Source of the DNA: Octopus bimaculoides
Lineage: Eukaryota
Assembly: GCF_001194135.2 (NCBI RefSeq)
Contig: NC_068990.1
Span: 70,545,550 to 70,609,549, forward strand
Reading direction: 5' to 3'
Length of the DNA stretch: 64,000 nucleotides
Numbering within the stretch: the first letter of the stretch is position 1; each line of letters begins with the position of its first letter. Position numbers and translations under genes: made by a program. Of this stretch, positions 25,337 to 37,420 are shown in pieces. The notes below the pieces were generated by a model. That model was given only the letters and a program-made list of their open reading frames with translations, ran no database searches and was not told the origin of the DNA.

Positions 25337-28300
25337 ATGAAGCATGCTTTTCCTAAAAAAGAAAGTGGAGCTGAAGGAAGGAAAAGGCGGAAGCGGGAGA
25401 CTGAAGAAGCTTTGAAGCAAGACCCTTATTCATTATTTTGGCAACAAAGAATCAAATCATTCAACAAGTTCACTGACGTTAGTTGAAGCTTGTGAAAATC
25501 TTCTTGCCACTGAAACTGAATATTGCAGAAAAGTTGGAAGTTCTTTCAGAATTCAGACAGTCCTTTCTTACCAACAAACAACTGAGCAATGAACAAGACA
25601 TGGTTTAGGAGAAAAGTAAGAAATGGCAGCGGTGAGGAAATACTATGCTCATGGCTCCCTTACTCACCCTCTAAGAATGCAGCATTTTGCATCTGCTGTC
25701 TACTTTTTTTGCAGTCCAATCTTCAGTCCTCATTAGAAAAAGAATGTGGATTCTACCAATGGAAGAGAGCAGAAAGAATACCTCTCCATGAGAATTCACC
25801 AAATCATTGTGATTGTTTCACTCAATGGAAAAAGAATTTTAGTTGAGAAGAAGGGACTAATCGATGCTAAGCTACAATAAGTAATTGAAGGTGAAAGACA
25901 GAGTATCTTGACAAGAGCTCTTCATTGTATCAAATTTCTTGCAACACACAACCTCGCATTGCAAGGACACAGAAGTCACTTAGGTTAAAAGATGGGTCAG
26001 ATCTTGGTAATTTCATCGAGTCGTTAAAACTTTTGGCCACATTCAACCCCATCACAAGAGAATTTTTTTGTCATGTAGAAAGCCACTTGGATCTACATCT
26101 TATCTTTCACCATCCGTTCAAAACGCATTTATCCATATCTTAGCTGTCAGTGTAAAAAACAGTCTGTTTCGATGCATTCAAAAAGCATGTTACTACGCTT
26201 TGATGATCGACACAAATCCTGATCAAGCCCAAATGTCACAAGTCATGCAATATGTCAACATTGATTTCGAAAAAATGGCAGTTTGTGTTTCGGAGTCGTT
26301 CCTAAGCTTCTCCCAAATTAGCCAAAAGGATGCCACCGGTTTGGTTAAGGTAATTTTGAATGAATTAGATAATGATGGCTTAGTGTTGACCGACTGCAGA
26401 TCAGGTGCTATGACAATGCTGCAGTTATGGCCAGGAATATAATCGGTGTTCAACACAGAATCAAGGAGTTGAATAGTAAAATTTTATCCGTGAATTGTGA
26501 CAATCATCCACTGAATCTTATTGGTTTGAATGCAGCAAAAAGTGATATACCTGTCATTTTGTTTTTTAATGTTATTGATTTGCTTTTTGCCTTCTTTTCT
26601 CAATCAACACGGCTTTGGGAAAAACTGAAGCATGCTATTCCTCTTGTTCTCAGGTCTCCATCGGACACAAGGTGGAGTGCAAGAACAGATGCCGTAAAGA
26701 CTGTTGTGAACTTCCTCAATGAACATTTGATGGATAATGGTGATGAGACAGCCGATACATTCTGTGATGCCGTCAATCTCCTTAACCGAATATTAATGTT
26801 TAATTTTTTGGAATTGATTGGATTTTGGAACTGGGTTCTTGCTCGCATCAATCGCATTCAACAGTGGTTGCAAGATCCTGAAATAAATTTCTGAGATACT
26901 GCAGCTGATCTCAAAGACCTCAAACAGCAGCTTTTAAAAGACAGACATACTATTATCCACCAATCACTAGAAGAAGGCATTGATCTTTGTCAAAAGTGGA
27001 ACATAGAAATCAGAAAGCATCAAGGGAGACAAAAGAGATTACCTCTTGATGATGATGAAGATGAAAAGTCAGCATCAACCAATGAGATGGACAACCATTA
27101 TGAATGCTGTTCTTCGTTGTCTTCAATCAGAAATGGAAGAAAGATTCATCCATCTTAATGTTATCGATGCCAAGTCCGGGTTCCTCCTCAATATCCACTC
27201 TCTTGCTATCCAACATATCCTGACAAAGTTGGCCTTCAATCAAAATGTGATTTATTGGCTTCTCAATACTGTGGCGAAATTGACAGCAAACAGCCTTTTG
27301 AGGAAATAATTGATTGCTGGGTATTGCTCTCTACACAAACAAAATCTGCAATAATGAGACCAGAAAAACTCCTGGAATTCATTGTTCTGTATGGCGATAA
27401 CGTTTTTCCAAATTTGTACGTTGGCCTTCAGATTCTGCTCACAATAGCTGTATCAATTGCAAGCTGTAAACAATTGTTCAGCAAGTTTAAGTTAATCCTA
27501 TCTTATTTGCAGACATCAGTGTCACAGAACCGCATGCATGACCTTGCTCTTCTGAGCATTGAAAGTGACGAGACAAACAAAACTAATTTTGAAGATATAA
27601 TCAATCAGTTCACCTCATCAAAAGCAAGAAAGATGAGACTTTAAACAATTGTATTTATTTTTTTTTTTTTTGTTACATCTCATTTCACACATTAGGTTTT
27701 TTAATGTTTCAGTGGGGGAAGCTAGTGCATTAAATGGTTAAAATAAGGAGGTTTCGTAAAAGTAAACATTCAAAAAATATATTTTGAATTACAGGCTGTA
27801 TTGAACCAGCAGGTAAATGAACCCTGATAAAGTATTAGGTTGTCAAGAAAGTTCTTGCAGAATTTTTAATTTTGGTTTTAAATGATGTATTTTCAAATTA
27901 ATTTTTGTTAAATTACTTTGACTTTATATATCATTTTAAAGCCCATTTTTCGCTCTATCTAATCATGTTACTCTTTTCCTTTTTGAATAATTAAGCCATT
28001 TTTTCCAGAATGTTGAATACAACATGGACAAAAAACAAAATCGCACAATTTTCTTATTCCAGTTTAAGCTAGGCTGAAAAGCTGCTGAAACAGCTTGCAA
28101 TATCAACGATACGTTTGGCCCAGGAACCACTAATGAATGTACAGCACAAGAAATTTCGCAGCGGTGACAAGAGTCTTGAAGATGATAAGCATAGTGGTCG
28201 GACATTGGATGTTAACAACAATCAACTAAGAGCCTTAGTCGAAGCCAATCCACACACAACTGTTCAAGAGCTTGCTTCTGAATTAGACGTAACATATACG

Positions 28301-29247
28301 GCAATTTCCAACTACTTGAAAGAGATTGAAAAAACAAAAAATACTTGAGAAATGGGTGCCACACGAATTGAACAACAACCAAAAGAAACGCCGTTTTGAA
28401 GTCATCTTCCCTTCTTTTATGCAACAAGAATGACCTGTTTCTCGACCTGATTGTGACTTGGGATGAAAAGTGGATTCTTTACAACAACCGGTGACACTCA
28501 GCTCAGTGGCTGGATGCCAACGAAGCTCCTTGGCACTTCCTGAAACCAAAGTTGCACCAAAAGAAGGTCATGGTGACTGTTTGGTGGTCTGCAGCTGGTT
28601 ACATCCATCACAGCTTTTTGGATCCAGGCGAAACCATTACAGCGGAGAAGTACTGTCAGCAAATGGATGAAATGCATAATAAATTCCAACAACAACAGCT
28701 AGCATTGGTCAATAGAAAAGGACCAATTCTTCTCCGTGACAACGCTCGGCCACACATCGCATAACTGACCCTGCAGAAGTTGAACGAATTGGGCTACGAA
28801 ACTCTGCCTCATCCGCCATACTCACCAGACCTCTCACCTACCGACTACCACTTTTTCAAGCATCTCGACAACTTCCTGCATGAGAAATGCTTCAAAAACC
28901 AAGACAATGCCAAACATGCCTTCAATGACTTCATCGCCACCAGAACACAGGATTTTTACGCTACTGGCATAAATAAACTTGTTTCGCATTGGCAAAAGTG
29001 TGTTTATTTTGATGGTATTTATTTCGATTAATAAAGTTTTGTTTGCGCCTAGATATGTGCATCTGAATTTAAAGGTTAAAAACCACAAGAACTTTCTTGA
29101 TAACCTAATATTTATTTCTAAAATATTGCTTTGAAACCTTAATTACTTGTAACAAACAAATACCATATAATATCATGGATTTTGTAATTGGGTGGGTGGG
29201 GGGTGCATTTTTGTGTCTTGCCCCAGGTGCAGTTTACCCTGGCTATG

Positions 29248-29253
<6 letters not shown>
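25337..29253 (+). mobile_element. hAT (Tip100/ZMYM1-like) transposon, decayed, interrupted by a mariner
   Basis: KKESGAEGRKRRK N-terminus, WLPYS...AAFCICC zinc finger, TRWSAR, hAT dimerisation region FPNLYVGLQILLTIAVSIASC; right terminus ggctatgccaccg at 29241-29253. Confidence 0.9.
27835..29108 (+). mobile_element. Full-length mariner (Hsmar1/cecropia-like, DD34D), inactivated
   Basis: TA-flanked TIRs ttaggttgtcaagaaagttcttg / caagaactttcttgataacctaa; WVPHEL, TWDEKW, LRDNARPH, YSPDLSPTDY; stops and frameshifts. Confidence 0.95.
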
Positions 29254-29296
<43 letters not shown>

Positions 29297-29310
29297 TAAT
29301 AATTACTCAC

Positions 29311-29360
29311 CATATCATGGTTCACTTGTTGTGCCCTCAGTGCATTATAGATTTTTCTGG
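29311..29360 (-). CDS. Candidate 50-nt exon xRKIYNALRAQQVNHDM
   Basis: Acceptor catatattag|, strong donor atg|gtgagt, phase 1 to 0. Confidence 0.45.
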
Positions 29361-31499
29361 CTAATATATGTAAATGTATATTGTGGACTCCTCAGTATAT
29401 TGCACGTTTCTGCAGCCGATAAGTATTTATATTTATTTTAGATTTCAATTATTTCTTTGGTAAAATAAGCATTTTCAATAAATTAATAAATAAAAATGCA
29501 GTATAGTACTGCACTGTATAACACATAAATTAAAATATATTAAGAGAAAATACACGGTGTACTGTAGATGAGTAAACAAAGAATTGCTCATATTGTATGG
29601 AAAACAAAACTTGGGAGGCAAGTGTGTGGTGTTGTTTTGTATTTATAATAAAATGAATATATACATTTTCTTATGATGGTTGAAATGGTTTTGGTATATA
29701 CTCTTTTACTTGTTTCAGTCATTTGACTGCAGCCATGCTGGAGCACCGCCTTTAAAGACAAGTGTTGTCATTATGGCTGTGTTTGTGGAATGTATTGTTT
29801 ATAACAGGAAGTAACAACAGTTTCTGTTTGTACAATTTGACATGTTTGGATTATTACAACTGACAACCCTTTAGAACAATACAAGTAACTTTATTACAAA
29901 GAGAAGTGGATGGAAAATGAGGAAAATTTTTTAATGTGACACTTTAATAAACATTTCTAATATAGTGCAAGGCCACAAAATTGAAGTGGGTGCAGGTCTG
30001 TCATTTATACAAAATCTTAGTACAAAATCCTTGGCTCAAAAGGGTGAAAATTTTTCTAACTTAGAGAGGTAGAACAAATACTGCAATGCATTTTGTCTGG
30101 TGCTCTAGTGATTTTACCATTCCATTACTGTAAATGATTTTAAGAAATATAAATGACATAAGAAACTGCATTAAAGAAAAACAAAATGTTTCAGATGTCT
30201 TTTTTCCTTTTACTTGTTTCAGTTACAGGACTGTGGCCATGCTGGGGCACAGCCTTGACGGGTTTCATTGAACAAATACACCCCAGTACTTGTTTTTAAG
30301 TTTGGCACTTATTCTTTTGTTGAACTGCTAAGTTACAGGGATGTAAACAAACCAACACCAGTTATAATGTGACTGCACCTGAAACAAAGTGGTTGTACAG
30401 CGAGTTTCTTAACTGCACTGCCATGCCTATGCCTATACAAAGTTGATCTTCACAGAATTTGACCTCAGAGTGTAATGAGTTGGAAGAAATATTGGTTTCA
30501 AATTTTGGTACAAAGCCAGCAATTTCAAGGAAGTGGGCAGCTTAATTACATTGACCCCAGATCTCAACTTATCTTATTGACCCCAAAAGGATGAAAGGCA
30601 AAGTCAACTTTGGTGGAATTTGAAATCAGAATGCAAAGATGGATAAAATATCATTGAGCATTTTGCCCTGCATGCCAGTGATTCTGCCACCTTGCTGCCT
30701 TAAAGTTGGAAGAAATATTACAAAGTATTCTTCTTGATACTCTAACAGTTCTTATCTATTAATTCTTTTATCTTTTATCTATTTGTTGCTCACAACAAAT
30801 AAAAGAAATTCGTTTTGGGCAGGATCAAAAGCCCTTTTACTGTTAAAAGGTTTATTTTGTTATTGGAAAGTTCTAGCCAACTTTAAAGAAAAAGTATAAT
30901 GTAATTCCTACACATTTTTTTCTCTCTCCATTTTTTTTCATTCTCTCTCCATTTTTTTCTTCTCAATCCTTTTATGTTGAAGAGCATAGGCCTGAAATAT
31001 CAAAGACTTTTCCATTCTTCCTGAGCATTAAACTAATACACCTGCTTGTTATTCCCTCACCTATCTTCGTCTTTTGTTTTCTGTAAATTTGAACTATAAT
31101 GTAGGAACCTTTGAGGAGAACCCACAAAACAACATGAACCGAGGAGGGAGCATGTATACAGTCACCTGCAAAAATAGCAACCAAATCTCTCTCATATCAC
31201 ATTATGCCAGCTTTAAAGAAGGAAAATATACAATGAATAATATTGTCCCAGGTACTCCTTATAAGGTGAAAGGGATGATCTCGGATGGAATGCCTTTGAT
31301 CACATGTCTCATCAGTTAATGTTGACCTGAGATCAGACAATAACACAGTGACCAGATTGGTGAGGATGTTGACACACTTGTCAGCTAGTGGTGATCATCA
31401 TATGACTGAAGATAGAAACATTAAAATGGATAAACAGGTGGAGCCTGTTGGTTTGTGAATACAAATTAAGAGTGGAAGTATTGAATTTGTTTGGTAATA

Positions 31500-31940
31500 T
31501 GGAAGCGGTAGACCCAGGAAGACATGGGATGAGGTGGTGAAGTATGATCTTGAATGAAATGATTTTCAGATGTTTAGTCTCACATAGGTGATGACAAGTG
31601 ACTGAGACCATTGGCGATTTGCTGTGCTTGAGAAGACATGTCAAGCTAAGAAAAATCATAGTCATGGCCAGTACTGGTGACACATGAAAGGCACCCATGC
31701 CAGTGATACATAAAAGGCACCCATACCAGTGATACATAAAAGGCACCCATACCAGTGACATGTAAAAGGCACCTAGTATACTCTGTGGAATGGTTGGTTT
31801 TATGAAGGGCTTTAAGCCGTAGAAACCAGGACAAAACAGACTGGAGCCTAGTGCAGCTCTCTGGCTTACCAGTCCCAATCAAACCATCTTACCTTGCTAG
31901 CATGGAAGCTAAATGACGACGATGATGATGATAATGATAG
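31500..31940 (+). mobile_element. RTE LINE 3' end
   Basis: [12 protein letters not shown] motif, three ~25-bp UTR repeats (31685-31770), (GAT)n tail. Confidence 0.85.
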
Positions 31941-32104
31941 TGGCATTTCGTCCATCTTTACATTCTGAATCCAAATTTTGCCGAGGTCAACTTTGCCTTT
32001 TATCCTTTCAGGGTCAGTAAATTAAGTACCAGTGAAACACTGGATTGATGTAATCAACTAGTTCCCTTCCCACAAATTTCAGGCCTGTGCCTTTAGTAGA
32101 AAGG

Positions 32105-32175
<71 letters not shown>

Positions 32176-32599
32176 GTGAGATATACTGGAACTATGATTC
32201 TGAGAAAAAAAAATTTTTTCCCTGCAAAATTTATTTTTTCAATATTTTTCTAAATATATATTTTGATTGCTTATCATGGTTTTGCACTTTTCACTTTTTA
32301 TCTTGAGCTAAAGTAGTAAAACAGTATTCATTGTTGATATATAGACACAAGATTTTGTGTTTATAGCTAAAGGGACAAATAAAAGGTGTCATTAATAACA
32401 TTATTGCTGTAAGAGAAGGGAAACAGAAAATTATCATTATCATATTTTCTTAAAATGGATTATTTCAAGGAAAATAACTCTGACGGTAAGAGATTGTCTC
32501 CCCTAGGTGTAACCCTTTTACAACTGATATTAAAACACCATTTTTTTTCTTTTCTTTCTTCATAATTTCTAATGTGATTATTGATATTTATATTTTCAG

Positions 32600-32711
32600 A
32601 GCTGAGGCTTGTTGTAAGAGAATTGCTGAATTAAACCCGTACGTCACAGTAAACACCACCTCAATTTCTCTTCAGGATTCCACTGATCTCACATATTTAA
32701 AAGATTATCAG
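32600..32711 (+). CDS. UBA6: UBA6 exon (R)[37 protein letters not shown]
   Basis: ttttcag| acceptor, |gtacaa donor, phase 2 to 0. Confidence 0.93.
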
Positions 32712-33370
32712 GTACAATGAAGATGATGATTATGATGTTGTAGGTTCTGTGTGTGTGTGTTTGTATTCTTTGGATATTTATTATAAAGAATAGGCTCTAC
32801 AAAGGAAGAATTTCAAGAACATAGCCTGATGGTTGTCAGTTCAATTCCCAGTGGCTTGTTATGTCCTTCATCTAGACGCTTTGCTAGACACAATGCTCCA
32901 GTCAACTCAGCTGGTAATTCAAAAGGCCAGCCTTGTCACATTCTGTGTCATGCTGAATCTCCCTGAGAACTACTTTAAGGGTACACGTCTGTGGAATGCT
33001 TGGCCACTTGCACATTAATTTTACGAGCATACTGTTCTGTTGATCAGGTAACTAGAATCCTCATCATCGTAATTGACAGAGTGCCAGTATTATACCAGCC
33101 AAAATCTGATCCATGCATGTACTTATATATATATATATATNNNNNNNNNNNNNNNNNNNNNNNNNNNNNNNNNNNNNNNNNNNNNNNNNNNNNNNTATAT
33201 ATAGGCATTGATGGTTCTGTGGTTAAGAAGTTTGCTTTGCAACAATGTGGTTTTGGGTTTATTCCTACTGCACAACCCTTGTGCTAGTATTGTCTAATAT
33301 AGTATTGGTCCAACCAATACCTTGTTGGTGAAATTTTAAAATTTTAGAAATGGAAACTGTATGGTCGCCT

Positions 33371-33406
<36 letters not shown>

Positions 33407-36400
33407 TCTGTCTCCTTATGTCTTCACACTGACACTGCTGAGGCAGAAATGACATATGTCTTTGTCTGAGTATGTCCCTTAGCTCAGCTGTTCAGCCTGT
33501 GAAGACCAGTGAAATATATTGCACAAAAAATAAACAAGGGTTAGCATCAGGAAGAACATCTGGCATAGAATATTTCTTTAAAGTTTCATCCAAACCCTTA
33601 TTGTGGCATTGAAAAAAGAGATGTAAAAACAATGTTTACCATGATGATGCAGCTATCATCATTTAATATCCACTTTTCTATGCTTGCATAGGTCAGGAGG
33701 AATATTCTTAGACAAATTTTCTATGTCCAGATGCCCTTCCTGTCACCAACCCCTTTCTGTTTCAAAGAAGGTAGTATTTATCTATGGCCAGACATGTTTT
33801 CATTGAAGAATGGAAACAAGGAATATCACTTGAATTTCATCAATTATTATTGGTATAAATGTGAATTCATAATCTGGATATAGAAGCTGGGGGTATCAAA
33901 GCAGTTGTCCATAGTTCTTCTCTTTCTTTTTGATTTTCAAAGAGATGGTCACATCAGCTGGATAGCTAACCTCTATAATAGTGCGTACTTTTTCTTGTCT
34001 ATGCCAAACAACAATATTCAGCCTGTTATGTTTGCCCTTAGTAGAAGCGTTAATGGAAATGTCCCAGCAATATTCCTTGTGCTGTATATATGCATGTGTG
34101 TATGTATGTATGTATGTATATGCACACACACACATACACACACTAAACTGTGAATTTAACTTAAAATTATTTTTTTTTATATTTCTAGTGTGTTATATTA
34201 ACTGAAACATCATTAAACCTTCAACGTAAAGTGAATAATTTCTGTCATCAACAGAATCCTCCAATTAAGGTAAGTTGTAATTATAGTAATTAGGAGAATG
34301 ATATTTCAAGCAATGTTCTTTTTCATAATTCTTTAAAATTACAGAATCATACTACATATTTTAGTTATGTGCTGTGTCTGTTTAGTAAAAATGTCTATTA
34401 GACTTTTTCATAACCAAAGGAATTTTGCAGCTTTTATGACTTCTCAAAAGTAAATTCAAATTGTGACATGCTTATCTCTTAAAAAAATATTAATCGTATT
34501 AGTGAAGTAGTTACAACTGGTCTTACATCACAAAATCAGGGGCTGTGGGGAGAGGTACTCACCATTTTTTTCTTAGAAAAACACATATTGGTCCTTTAAC
34601 TTTACCAAATTTAAACTGTTCATTTTGCCAAAATTCCTGTGACTTTTTGTTTCCTTTCTGATAAATTATTGTAGTCTACTCTCTGATTCTGTACACTTCT
34701 GTTATTTTATACTGAAAAAACTTATTGAATGAAAGCATATCACTACCAACACTGTATGACAAATTAATGATATCACATTCATCCAACACATGCATTACAG
34801 ACCAATATTTGCTAATCAAATACACCAGGCTGGTCTGCATTAGGTCAGAGTGCCTTAGGTCAATATATTCAACTAATGTTTAAGTATATATACCTATTAA
34901 TATACAATATATCATAATAATAAGCTCAGATCAACATTTCAAATTAACATAACTGCAGGCAATATACTACACCAACACACTATAGATATATTTGAAAAAG
35001 TGCCACATCCTAGCGGTTGAGGAAACCTGTGGAAGAGGTAGACCCAGGAAGACCTGGGATGAGGTGGTGAAGCACAACTTTCGAACATTAGGCCTCACCG
35101 AGGCAATGACTAGTGACCGAGATCTTTGGAAATATGCTGTGCTTGAGAAGACCTGGCAAGCCAAGTGAGACCATAACCCATGGCCTATGCCAGGGGTGTA
35201 ACCAGCCCACTTATTCATACCTTTCCTTCATTGGACACTAAACTCTGCTTGCGAAGACTTGTTGAGGCAAGTGAAATAGAAATTGAAGTCAAATTCGATG
35301 ACTGGCATCTGTGCTAGTGGAGCACTAAGAGCACCATCTGAGCATGATCGTTGCCAGAGCAGCTGACTGGCTTCCATGCCAGTCGCGCACAAAAAGCACC
35401 ATTCGAGCGTGATCATTACCAGTGTCGCCTTACTGGCACGTGAAAAAATATTCGAGCAAGGTTATTGCCAGTGCCGCTGGACTGACTCCTGTGCAGGTGG
35501 CATGTAAAAAACACCATTTGAGCGTGGCCATTGCCAGTACCGCCTGATTGGCCCTTGTGCGGGTGGCACATAAAAGCACCCACTACACTCTCAGAGTGGT
35601 TGGTGTTAGGAAGGGCATCTAGCTGTAGAAACTCTGCCAGATCAGATAGGAGCCTGGTGCAGCCAACTGGTTCGCCAGTCCTCAGTCAAATTGTCCAACC
35701 CATGCCAGCATGGATAGCGGACATTAAACGATGATGATGAGGATGATGAGATTATTGCGGTAGAGGGGAAAATGAATGTACCGAATTATCTGTTACTCAT
35801 AATGTTTGCTATTCTTATAAAAGCTTATAAATTTATTTTCAGTTTATATCAGGGGATGTATTTGGTGTCTTTGCTGGATGTTTCTGTGATTTTGGAGATG
35901 AATTTGACATTTTTGATGCTAATGGAGAAGAGCCAAAGGAAGTATTTATTGGTAATATAACCAAGGTACTAAGTTTTAAACTACTAACATGAAATTATCT
36001 TCATCATCACAGTGTTCTGTCACCAATTGAGTTTCGAATGTTCTACAATTCAAATCCTAACATTTTTAAAATTTTGTTTTTTATACCTGGAAATATTTTC
36101 TCAAAGAGCTTGTAATTTCTTATTGCCAGGCGAACCCAGGTGTTGTGAGTTGTTTAGAAAACACTCGACATTATCTTCAGACTGCAGACAAGGTCACTTT
36201 CAAAGAAATTAAAGGTATGACAGCTCTCAATGGAAAAGTTTGCACAGTTTCTGGTAGGTTCCATTTTTATATACTTTTATTCCTTCTATGTTGTTTTTGG
36301 TGGTTAGAAGTGTTGTTATATATTTTATGAACTTAGGTTTGTGCCAGGCTACTGTGACGGTCCATGGCCTGAGGGTTAGGGTTAATGTATTGGACTCATA

Positions 36401-37381
36401 AACATAAGGCTGTGTGTTCAATTCATGAACCAAATTGTACATTGTATCCTTGAGCAAGGCATTTCACTTCACATTGCTCCAGTCTACTCAGCTGTAAATG
36501 CATGCCAGATGAATATAATTGGTACAGCCCTCCTCCTCTCCCTCCAACTATCACATCCTTGATGTTCCACTGGGTCAGAGGTGAGAGACTCCCAAGAGGA
36601 TGTCTGTATCTGTTCATGATTACACAGGTACTTAAAACAATTAGTGAATCTATGGTGCCAGCAATCAGTCATATTCGTTTGTGAACGATGGCTAAACTTT
36701 AAGCTCCATGCTATTTTACAATTGTAATTATAATCTCCATGTTTTTATTAATACTATTGTTGTTGTTAGGTGTGACTAAACAGACATGTGGTTAAAACTC
36801 GTACAACCATGGGCAGCCTATAGAGAGTCTCTGTGTGGTTAGACAACAAGCCAGAAACAGCTGGCAGATTTCCCTCAAATAATATCCTATACTCTTACAA
36901 ATACTATTATTTCATCTTTTTTTATCTCCCAGCTAGCAATATAAACAAAAGTGCATTTTGCACCAAAAACCAACATCAGAATTTCTCAAATAGTATCTAC
37001 TGCAGTCTGGCTTGTTGTAACAGAACATCCTTGTTTAAGTAGAGATAAATATTACCTCTCAGTATTAACACTGCCTCTCTTGCTAATATATAACTATTAT
37101 TTCTGTTGTTAATAATGATGTTTATTGATTTATGTGTCTGATTGTATGTTACTTCTTAGAAGAAAGATGTATTACATTCATTTCTTTTCTTTCTGTTTTC
37201 CATGTTTAGTGTTAAATCCTTTCACATTCACAATTTGTGACACAAGCAGAGAGGAATTCAATGAATATGACCATGGAGGAATTTGTGTGCAGTTGAAGGT
37301 TTCAGAGAAAGGACACCATGTAATAATTATTTTCTCTCTTGACCTGACTTCATGTTCACACTCACAACAATGCACATTAGA

Positions 37382-37420
<39 letters not shown>

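Noticed and set aside
30118-30165. - strand exon candidate with a strong acceptor
   Set aside because: The donor lies in a decayed SINE and the phase does not fit exon 29311-29360.
31061-31165. - strand exon candidate ending in phase 1
   Set aside because: Both splice sites fall in sequence that looks like common dispersed repeats (the acceptor motif resembles 14057-14078).
32367-32385. 19-nt segment (A)KGTNK(R) as the missing upstream UBA6 exon
   Set aside because: The phase fits, but the donor gtgtca is weak and the conserved N-R-A context is not reproduced.
37056-37082. 27-nt phase-1/1 candidate (REAVLILR) and 65-nt candidate at 41056-41120 ([21 protein letters not shown]) as upstream exons of the - strand gene
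   Set aside because: Phase-compatible but with weak acceptors and no independent support; worth including in RT-PCR design only.
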